Shown here piece by piece: positions 38,266 through 48,280 of a stretch of 64,000 bases of DNA. Under the pieces are notes generated by a model, which was not told the DNA's origin, made no database searches, and was given only the letters and a program-made list of their open reading frames with translations. This stretch comes from Lama glama (taxonomy: Eukaryota), in the NCBI GenBank assembly GCA_028534125.1, contig CM052816.1, positions 248,001-312,000 on the forward strand. The letters are read 5' to 3'. A program made the position numbers and the translations under genes. Positions within the stretch are counted from its first letter, which is position 1. Each line of letters starts with the position of its first letter.

Positions 38266-39252
38266 GGCCCTGTCCTGGCTGCTCTCCCTCCTCCCGCCAC
38301 ACCAGGGAGGGTGGTGAGGTGCGCTAGGGGAAGGATGTGGGCTGGACACCTAAGAGGCAGAACACCTACCTTCCTCCTCCTCAGCTGGCTGCCCCCCACC
38401 TCGTGACAGAGTGGGGGTGGGGGCGTGGGCACCAGCCTGCCCTGCATCACTACGCTTCCCCACCTGAGCCTCATCTCCATCTAGGGTCGGGTGGGAAAGG
38501 CAGGCCTGGGAACCATGAAGGGTCCCCAGCTCTGATTCATAAACCCTGACAGGTGAATGGGACTGTGGCTGGGGCATTGCCTCCCACCCACCACCCCAGG
38601 GCCACCCAGCTGGCCACCTCAGGACAAAAATGTTGGCCAGGTGGGAGCTCTGCCCCCTCCACCCCTGCTTCCCTTCAGCAGCCCATGTGTGACTGTCAGG
38701 GGTGCCTGGCCTGTGTATAGGAGAATGCTGTGCTTGTCCCCACTCCCTGCCCAGCAAATGGGGCTCCTTTCCTAGAAGCCACGCTCCTCTAGCCCACTTT
38801 CTGGTTCTTGCGGAGCTGGAAGAAATGCCAGGTCTTTCTTGTACAGAAAGGAAAACAGAGAGCAGGGTAGGCAGAGGCCCCTGGGCCCAGCCCAGGTCTA
38901 CACTGTCTCCTGTTTCATCTGCACTAAGCCCCAGAACATGAGCTGCCAGGTGGGGCTGCGCCCTGCTTCCTGCTCCCTGCCCACACGGATTTGGGGCTGA
39001 GGCCCTGGAGGGTGTGGATGGGACCATGCCCTATCCAGCTTCTGCACTGGCCTGGTGTGGCCCCTCCCTCTGGGACATACTTGAAGTTCCGAAAAGACAT
39101 TGGCCCCCTCGCCACGCTGACAAACAGGATGGTGGTCAGGGGCTGCGGCTTTGGCCATGCTGGGGGAAGGGGTTCTGAGGCTCCCACCACCGCCCCTCTG
39201 CCCTCCAGCCCCATCTCCAATTCAGACACAGCCTCTAAAACAAAGGGAGTAA

Positions 39253-39258
39253 AATAAA
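39253..39258 (+). terminator. GJC2: Probable GJC2 polyadenylation signal
   Basis: AATAAA followed by T- and GT-rich sequence about 1 kb after the stop. Confidence 0.65.
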
Positions 39259-40969
39259 ACTAACTTTTGTTTACAACCGCGTGTGTATGTGAATGTGTAT
39301 GCATGCATGTGTGTGTGCGTGCGTATGTGTGTGTCATGTGTGCACACGTGTGTGAGTGCACATACAGACATGTGTCTATGTGTCCACTGCTGGCCTCTAG
39401 GGACACGTGGCTCAGCTCTAGGATGGCTGGGAGAGGAAACCATTCTGCAGGGACCATCCGGGGAGCAAGGCCCAGGATGAGCCCCTGCAGCTCCTTGGAA
39501 ACAGTCGGTGTCACTCTGTGCCAGGCACTGGCTTGGCCCAGCCGGGAGAGGCATGGCTAAGTACACAGATGGTGAGAACAAAGAACACGGCCAGGCCTGT
39601 GTGCTTGGAGCCCAAAGAGGTAGGTAGCTCAAAGGAGAGAGGGGCAGTCTTGTCTCAGGCCTGGGCATTATCCAGATGCTGGCCAGAGCCTGCAGCGATA
39701 GCTTTGGTGAGGGGCAGAGGCCAGCACAGTAAGGGAAGCAGCTGCTGCCAGCAAGGAGCCACTTCGCTCTAGACTTGGGTGACCCCAGCTTTCTCCCAGC
39801 CCCCATCAGGCCCAAGGCAGGCCCTGACAGCTTCTCCAGACTGCAAACCCTCTCTCTTTGGGGTCCCGGGGCCAAGCTCCAAGCCTTACATGAACCCCAA
39901 CCCAGCCTGTCTCTGGTCAGATGCCAAATGCAGGCTGAGTCCCTTCCCTTTGTCGGGTCTGACTGGCTGATCCTGGATTCCAGGGGAGCTCCACCTTTAA
40001 GGTGAGCCCCAGATCAGGTGATCCCTGCCCCCAGGTAAGCCCCACCCCCATAAAGTCCTGGATGTCAGTGCTGGAAGCAGGGCCACAGGGGCTAAGCCAA
40101 TCCAGATCCAGAGCAGGGAACCACCACTCACCTCTCCAAGAGACCAAAGTCCGTGGAACTGGCAGCTCCGAATTTGAGTTATGCTGCTGGCAGTGTCGTT
40201 GTGAGGAAGACTGGGTCTCTGAGGCCGGGAACATGCTGTGCAGCCACGCCCGGCTCCCAGCAGTGTGAATGGGGACACTGAGCAGCAGAGATGCTGAAAG
40301 ACATCTACAAGACACCCTGTTGGCTGGTTCCTCTGCAGCCTCCCTGCAGCCTGCCCCCGGCCATGTCCCTGAGGCCAGCCTCCTACAGCCAAGTGTCCTC
40401 TCAGTGGAGGCCCTGGAGGACAAGGCCCTCAGGGACACAGGTGGGCATTCCAGGCGGGGAACAGTGGGAGACTTCAGGGTTCAGAATCACCCCAATGGCT
40501 GGAGAGGGCCGGTGAGGAAGGCAGGTGTTTACTCCCAGCCAAGCCCAGAGGTTGTTCTCAATCCGTAAGTCAGTGCTCCCACATCTTGGGGCCAAAATGC
40601 ACCCTTGGTTACAGGGCCCCACAAGGGCTAGGAGGTAGGGCATGGACCCTCGGCATCTGCCTGAAAAGAAGCCTTGAAACCAGCAGACAGGGAGGCCCCG
40701 GACAGGTTTGTGTTTGGAGAAATACATTCTATATTTCACTGTGATAGTGTCCAGGGAAGCCTCCTCCCAGCTATGGAGAGGGAGATTTAGGTCAAGGTCA
40801 AGGGGTCAGGACCTCATTCTCTGAGCCCTTCTTGAACAAAGAACTTTAGGGTCACACCCTCCCTAACTCAGGCTGGGGCCCTGGTGTAGCTGCAGCCTGG
40901 GAGGTGGGGCCGGGGCTGGCTCAAAGATTTCCTCGCTCACCAAGCTAGGGGTCTACGCTGGGGTCTCTC

Positions 40970-41900
40970 TGTTACAGGCTCTTTCCAGATTCTTAGACAA
41001 CAATATCAAAGAAATGAATGTCACTTCCACAAGACTTGTAGGCAAACAAAGCTTTTTATTAAAAGAGATAGTTTGTTCGTAAGGGAGAAAGCAGGAAAAA
41101 AAAGTGCCAGCTTTCTAAGCAGAAGCTCTCTGAGTAGAAGGGGGAAGTTGCTTTTATAACAAAAGGGAGGGTTTGTCTCATGATTACTGGTGATTTCCAG
41201 AAATCATCAACCTTCTTCGATCAGCAGCAGATGGCTACATGGTGGCCACCAGGAATAGAGAGTGCTTCTGTGAGGGGAAAGCAATGCATGAGAAATTTCT
41301 GCAAGAAGGCACAGAAAGATAAGGTTAAAATTTAGAGCTGAGCTTCTTGTCTTGTGGCATACTAGGTATACTCTAAGTGGAACAGAGATAAAGCTAATCT
41401 TTTATTCCTGTGAGCCTGGTTTTTTGTCTCTTGGACTCAGGTCCCCAGGGCTTTGTTCTTTGGTTTGCAAGGCCTGTTTTGCCTATGGCCATTCCCTGAT
41501 CCTTTCCCCCAAACGACTGGACTTTTGTCGTCCTCCCTGGAAGACATGCGGTTTGAATCTCCTCATAGCATGGCAGCCCAAGAGGACCCAGCGAAGGCCA
41601 ATTGACTCTTATCACCAGCCCTGAAGTCACCTCACCTCACTTCACAGCAATCACAGGCCTGCAGGATCCCTCTCAACGGGTCAGTGTTAAATTTTAAGGG
41701 CATATGGGATACAGAATCTCTGCGGGCCCTTGGTCTGTTGGCCCTTCTGGCCACATGGAAAGCTGTTTGGCCCCCACCTTCCCCCCACACAGGGGCTCGT
41801 GATCTTGGGGTTTTTGCAACCACTGGCCCCTTCTTTTACCACAGTCCTGATATCAGTCCATAATTCACCCCACACAGTGTAGTCTGTCCAGTTTCTATCA
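40970..41900 (-). mobile_element. ERV1-class solo LTR, 931 bp, with 4-bp TSD TCTC
   Basis: TCTC|TGTTAC...CTATCA|TCTC (TSD 40966-40969 and 41901-41904); minus-strand AATAAA (TTTATT ~41055) and TATAAAA (~41152). Confidence 0.8.
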
Positions 41901-42049
41901 TCTCAATACCCCCCCCCACCTCCTAATTGGTTTAGATACAATTTAAGGTAGTTGGGTCAATGGGAGGGGAACTCTGCCCAGGGGCTGCTGGGGAAATCCG
42001 TTTGCTGTGTGTCCATGACTCGGAAGTCAGATGTGGATCAGGCTGTGAG

Positions 42050-42680
42050 TCTCAGTGCACTGGGGTTTGGTCCAACACCAATCTAGATGCTGTGGGGGAG
42101 GTGTGGTTTTAGATGAGATTAACACTGTCAGTCTGTGGACTCTGATAAAGCAGACCATCCTCTCCAGTGTGGGTGGCCCTCATCCAATCAGGTGATGGGT
42201 GAAGGCTGAGGTTTCCAAAGAAGAAGTGATTCTGCCTCCAGTCAGTAATGGTTAAATTTGCATCAGCTTGACTGGGCCCTGGGGTGCCCAGAACAAGCAT
42301 GATTCTGGGTGTGTCTGTGAGGTGATTCTGGATGAGACTGACACTGAATCTGCACACTGAATAAAGCAGATGGCCCTCCCTAGGATGGGTGGGCCTTGTC
42401 CAATCAGGTGAAGGACTGAGTAGGGGGGAAAAAAATCAATGGAGTAAGAGAGAACTCCTGCCTGACAGCTTGAGCTGGCACATTGGTCTTCTAACCTTAG
42501 AGTCAGACTCAGGCTGGAACTACACCACCGGCTTTCCTGAGTCTCCCACTTGCAGATGGCAGACCTTGGAACTTCTCAGCCTCCATAACTGAGTGAGCCA
42601 ATTCCTTATAATAAACCTTTCTCTGTATATATTGAATTGGTTCTGTTTCTCCAGAGAACCCCAACTAATACACATCCCAG
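42050..42680 (+). mobile_element. MLT2 (ERVL) LTR pieces
   Basis: gggtgtgtctgtgaggtg..., ataaagcaga...ccctc...gggtgggcc..ccaatcaggtga (twice), cttgcagatggcaga, gtgagccaattccttataataaa. Confidence 0.75.
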
Positions 42681-42749
42681 CCAGAGCTTATTAACAGGGC
42701 ATCCTAGCTGTGAGGGAAGCTGCAAATGGAGGCTCTATTCTGGAAGGCA

Positions 42750-43120
42750 TCTCAGTCAGCTCGGCCTGTGTAACAAATACCACAGACTCGGGGCTCAAAC
42801 AACAGACATTTATTTCTCAGTCCTGGAAACTGGAAGTTCAAGATCAAGGCGTTGGCATCAGAGGCCTCTCTCCTTGGTGTGCAGACAGCTGTCTTCTCCC
42901 TGTGACCTCACATGATCTTCCCTCTGTGTGTGCCTGTGTCCTCATCTCCTTTTCTTATAAGGACACCGGTCTTACTGCATTAGGGCCCACCCTAGGGAAC
43001 TCATCTTATCGTAATCACCCCTTTAAAGACCCCCATCTCCAAATACAGCCCCATTCTGAGGTCCTGGGCATTAGGACTCCAAAAGGTGAATTTGGGGGGA
43101 TACAGTGCAGCCCATAATAG
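42750..43120 (-). mobile_element. MLT1 LTR (antisense)
   Basis: taacaaataccacagact...aacaacagacatttatttctca...tctccaaatacagcc..ttctgaggtcctggg. Confidence 0.75.
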
Positions 43121-46100
43121 AAGGCAGATGCCCAACCAAAAGCTCAATCACCACAGGAGAAGGGAATTCTAAGGCATAGGCCTCCTGCTTCAGGAACTCA
43201 GGGCCCTAGCCCTAACCCTGATTTTACTGGCCCTCCCAGGCCAGGGGAGCCAACCTCTGTGTCATCCATGTTTCTACCTCCAACACCAATTTCTTGATGT
43301 TCTGAACCATCATAACCATGATTTCATGCCCGAGCTCTGATACCCTAACAGGGTGTCGATCGCCCACTTGGGACATGGTACCTAAGATGTTCAAGTCTGT
43401 TAACCCTCAGAGATGGAACTCAACCACTAAATTTGGCACTTAATGCTCATTCAGCTACTTAAAAAAAACCAAAACCAAAACCCCAAACCCTCTCAGTGGC
43501 TGAATGGAGAGCTGAACTGGGGTGCAAAGCCACCCCTCCTGTCCCCAACTTCTGTGCCCTAGAGCAGGCTGGTGGGCCAAGCCCAGGTCTCCTATCCCTG
43601 CTTCCCTGCCTGGTGGGGTCCTCTGGCTGTGTGGGGCCCACCTAGGTTTGTACAGGGGCAGGGCCAGGCCAGGGGAGTGGCTGGAGCAGGAGCAGACAGA
43701 ATGGCCTCGTCTCATTCTCATCCGTTTCCATGGCTGGAGCCAACTCGCCGGCTGCTCAGGGAGATCGTGGAGGGCTACAGGGAGGCGGGCACTCCACCAC
43801 CCCCAGAACGGGGGCAGTTTCCTTCTTCTGCCTTTGGGAAGGGAGGAGGCCATGAGGAGAGAATAACAGGAAACAACCCCTGGCTTGGCAGCGGCTGGGA
43901 AACAGGGTCTGGGACCCCCATGCCTGCCGATTTTCCAGCTTTCAGCTCCCCACCCCTCCTGACAGCTCCGAGGCCTGTGGCCTCAGAGGGAGGAGACTGC
44001 ACATGGGATCTAGCAGCAACCTATGTCCCCAGCTGGACCCAGGCCAATGGGGGGGGTTCCTTGAAGCCAAGCCACAGTTCCCTCCATCCAGACCTGTGGA
44101 CAAAGTGAGGGGACCTGAGAAGAAGCAGTAACCAGACTGGTGCAGAGATCCGGGAAGGCTTCCCGGAAGAGGGAACCTGGGGCAGTGCTGTTTGGCAGAT
44201 TCTGGGATGGTGGGAGATGTTTCCTTTTTCTGTCCACGGACGCAGCCACCAGCTGAGAGCGGCTCTGGACATTTCAAGTGTGGCCCATGCAGCAAGGAGC
44301 TAAAAGTTTCACTTGACTTCATCTGAGTTAATCTGCATTAAACAGCCTCAGCAGTGGACCTGCTGGACAGTGCCAAGCGGGCTGGGCTCGACACTGGATT
44401 GGAAGGTCGGGGGAGGTTCCAGGTGGCCCCGGGTCGGCCTACTGGCCCTTCCTGCAGGCTGTGCCAGTGGGAAGCATGTTCCTCTGCTGGCCAAGGGATG
44501 GGCTGACGTGAGGCTGGAGGAATGCACCCCCCCACCCCATGTTGTCCTCCAGTGGTTTCCTCCCTGCCCTCACAGGGTTGGCAGGGAGGTGCTGGCTCAC
44601 CTTCAGAACACAGACCCAGCAGAGGAAGACCTTCTCCATGAAAGGTCAGTGGAGCCACATTCCAAGCCTGGCTGGTCATAACCGGGAAGGCAGCCAGGAG
44701 GGGGACTGAGGGCTTGGGCGACCCTGGGGAGCTCTGGCTGGGCCCCTCCATGCCCTGATCATGCAGTCAGTCCTGACTTGCCAGGCCCAGCTGAGAAGGG
44801 TCTGGGACCTCACAGGATTTGGGCAGCAAAGCCTTGAGGAGGGTTTGGAGGGGCAAATAGGAGCTGGACAGAGAGGGGTGAGGAGGCTGGGCAGAGGGAT
44901 GGGTGGCGGGAGGACAGCTGGCTGAGGCTGGACTGTGGTGCTCAGATGGGTCCTTTACAGGGATCCGCCTAGACAGGGATTTGTTTATTTAATCAATATT
45001 ATCTGTGCCCTTGATGTGTGCTGGGCCCTGGGGATGCAGCAGGGAGCTGCACAGAGATCCCTGCCTTTGGAACTCCAGAGCAAAAACCAGAGGCATGACA
45101 ACTAAGGAGTGTTCAGTGTGAAGGAGGGCGGGCTGAGGAGTTTATTCTTTTACAATTTCTGTAGGTTAAAAGTTTCAAATAGAAAAGTGGGGAAACGCAC
45201 ACATAGGTGGTCAGAGTGGCTTTGTAAGGGGCTGGCATCTGGGTCTGACAGTGAGGTGAGGCATGAGCCCTGTGGCTGTTGGGGGTTCTGCTGAGGCTGG
45301 GAACAGGGGAGGGAGACCAGGAGAGGGAGCTCTGCCCTGGAGCTGACTCTGATGAGATGGGAGGGGAGTGTGGGGGTTTGAATTCTGTTGGAGCGACACA
45401 TGAGGATGCGAGGTGTGGAGGCCAACACCAGGCTGTGTGCCGGGTATGGGACAGTGGGGGCTACCAGGCGCTAGGGCTGCAGGACACTGGGGACATGTGA
45501 AGGTCACACCTGTACATGCACGGTTTGAGTATCAGACATGGAAGGAGTGTCAAAACAGGCGATGAGGCCTGGGATTTGGGAGAAATGCATGGACTGCACA
45601 TCAGTTTGGACCTGTTGGCATGTGGATAGCATGGAAAGTTCTGCAGCTGGATGAGGCTGGTGAGAGCGAGGGGAGACGGAGCAGGGACCCAAGGATGTCC
45701 CTGGAGCCCCACGCTATTTGCTAGCACAGTCTTAACCCCTTGCCTTGTTCCTCTGCAGTGCTGCTCACAGGCCTCAGCAGAAACCAGCCCTGCCAGCACC
45801 TGGATCTCACACTTCCAGATTCCAGAACTGAGAAATAAATGTCATTTAAGCCACTCAGTCTATGGAATTTGTTATGAAGCCTGAGCTAATACATTTAGGA
45901 AAATAGTATGGAGGTTCCTCAAAAATGTGAACACAGAATTACCATATGATGCAGCAGTCTCACTTCCGGGGATACACCTGTGGTATTGTGACTTACAATA
46001 AGCAATATACATTTAATCTCCATCCTTATTCTTGGCACAGGGCTCCTAAAACCCTTGGAATTTCTTAAATGATAAGGGTGATAAAGGTGTCTTGATATTG

Positions 46101-46504
46101 TTAACAAGCTCTTGTCAACAAATTTATGTTAATGAGGTGATTTTGGAAAGACCCAAAGAGTCTCAATGTCCAGGGACACAAGCGCTATGACATCTTTCTC
46201 TACGGGTGAGAGAAGGGATTGCCAGGAGAACCAGCCATGTGATTAACCAGGGTTAGAACTTTTAGCCCCATGCCCTGACCTCTCGGAAGGAGAGACTGGG
46301 GATTCAATCAATAGCCAGCGGTCAATGATTTAATCAATCACATCGCTGTAATGAAGCCTCCATAAAAACCCAAAAGGGCAGGGCTTGGAGAGCTTCTGGG
46401 TTGGGGAACACATAGATTTGGGGAGAGTGGTGTGCCCCTTCCCACATACCTTGCCTTATGCATCTCCTCCACCTGGATGTTCCTGAGTTATACCCTTTTA
46501 TAAT

Positions 46505-46957
46505 TGTAGCCCCCCGATTAGGTGAACAAAGGAATGAGTCTTGGGCAGGACTGGTAAACAAGTTATAAAAAGCTGCAGACTCAGAGGTGTGAGGGCTGGC
46601 TAGCCAATGACGGGTAAGATCCCCAGAGGGGGGCAACCTAAGACAGGCACAGCCGCCTGAGTCAGAAAGAGTATCATCAAGCAGCTATTTTCCCGTATGT
46701 TCCGCCCTGATAAGATGTAAGGCTCACTGGCTCCATGATGAACATAACTGATCAAGAACGTCAAAGGATCTTACGATCTTCAACTAAAAACAGTCTGTGC
46801 CTGTAGAGAGTCATAAAAATGTCATACCATAGTTAAACATTTTCCAGATTGTTCTCTTCTGCTTTATAAGCCTGTGTAGCTTAATAAACTTTTAGAGTAG
46901 CCATCAGCTCTCTCCGCATACAGTGTGTTTGTGTACATTGATATCGTGACGCCAACA
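46505..46957 (+). mobile_element. Young betaretrovirus-like (ERV2-like) solo LTR, 453 bp, 5-bp TSD ATAAT
   Basis: ATAAT|TGTAGC...GCCAACA|ATAAT. The TATA box (TTTATAA 46863-46869) is only ~20 nt before AATAAA (46883-46888), a short-R architecture. Contains a CTE-like motif. Confidence 0.85.
46578..46663 (+). other. CTE-like (NXF1/TAP-binding) RNA hairpin
   Basis: AGCCAATGACGGGTAAGA (46602-46619) and CAACCTAAGACAGGCACAGCC (46634-46654), closed by GGCTG/CAGCC and GACTCAG/CTGAGTC stems. Confidence 0.8.
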
Positions 46958-47899
46958 ATAATAAATCAGTAATCTAGTAAGTAATATGTTTCTCTGAGCT
47001 CTGTGAGGCACTCTAGCAAATTAATTGAACCTAAGGAGTGGGCTGTTGGCTGTTGGCAACTCTGATGTATAGTTGGTTGGTCAGAAGCACAGGTGACAAC
47101 CTGGACTTCAACTGATATCTGAAGAAAGAGACAGAGAGATAGAGAGACAGGGACAGAGAGAGAGAGAGAGAGAGAGAGCGTGAGAGCGAGTGAGTGTGCA
47201 TGCAGTCTTATGGGATCTGATGCTACCTCCAGGTAGATGGTTTTAGAATTGAGTTAAACTGTAAGACACCCAACTGGTGTCAGAAAATTGTGTGGAATGG
47301 AGATTCTACCCCCGCCCCCTCCCCACATTTAGTGATCAGAAGTGTCAGAAGTGAAGAGTAGTGTGAAAGTATAGGACACACAGCAATGTGTGTTTCACAC
47401 AATAACGAACTGAAAGCAAAATTGCAAAGAGATATTTGCACAGTGTTCATAGTAGCATTATTCATAATAGCCAATGAGTGGAAGCAACACAAATGTCCAT
47501 CAATGGGTGAATGGATAATCTAAATTTGGTATACATACATACAGTGGATACTATTCAGCCTTAAAAAGAAAGACTGACACATGCTACATCACAGAGGTAC
47601 TTGGAAGACACCAGCCAGTCACAAAAGGACAAATAGTGCATGATTCCACTTCTATGAGTTTCCCAGAGGAGTCACATTCATAGAAATAGAGTAGAATAAG
47701 GCTCCTAGGGGCTGGGGTGGGAGCTAGGGCTCAGTGTTTGAAATGGCCCGAGTTTCAGAAGATGAGAAAGTTCTGGATGATGGGGATGACTGCTGCACAG
47801 TGTGAATGCGCTTAACACCCCTGAAACTATGTACTTAAAAATGGTTAAGATGGTAAAGTTTAGGTTATGCGCACCTCACCACAATCAAGCAAGCAGAAA

Positions 47900-48280
47900 C
47901 TAAGCTCTGAGAATCGAGGACACGCCAAGTACACGAGTAGCCCCCTGCCTCGGAGGGGTGTGTGGGTGACCGACAGCCAGAGGCCCCGCCCCCGAGCACG
48001 CCCCGCCCACTCTCACCCCGGCCACTCTCTAGCCAGCACCGCTCGCCCGCCTCCAGGGGCTGCTGCGGTGCCGGCCCGCGCATGCTCGCGCACGCCCCGC
48101 CCACGCCCCGCGCTCCCGCCGCCAAGGGCTGTTGTGGCGTACCCGCTCCCCCCAACCCCGCGCACCGCCCCGCTGCGCACGCTCCGCTAGCCTGCCTCCA
48201 GCAGCTACTGTGGGGCCCGCCCGAGCTGCCGCCCGGGCCGCCCCTTCCCGCCGTCGCATTCCCCCCAAAGATGGCGGCCG
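47900..48280 (+). promoter_or_regulatory. IBA57 CpG-island promoter
   Basis: Multiple GC boxes (CCCCGCCC), NRF1-like GCGCATGC, and YY1-like AAGATGGCGGC overlapping the ATG. Confidence 0.75.

Larger units (their letters stand above)
45979..47400 (+). mobile_element. MER21-like LTR containing a younger LTR and a (GA)n tract
   Basis: Starts tgtggtattgtga...gctcctaaaacccttggaatttc; clearly paralogous to 56366-57190. Confidence 0.75.
45895..47885 (+). mobile_element. L1M 3' fragment interrupted by a MER21-like LTR
   Basis: L1 text 45895-45978 (gtatggaggttcctcaaaa...gaattaccatatgat) resumes at ~47405 (gatatttgcac...caaatgtccatcaatgggtgaatggat...aaaatggttaagatggtaaa). Confidence 0.75.

Noticed and set aside
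47962..48270. In-frame N-terminal extension of IBA57 (ATG at ~48082)
   Set aside because: Lies in the GC-box promoter, probably upstream of the TSS; it would mask the presequence, and ATG 48271 has a strong Kozak context.
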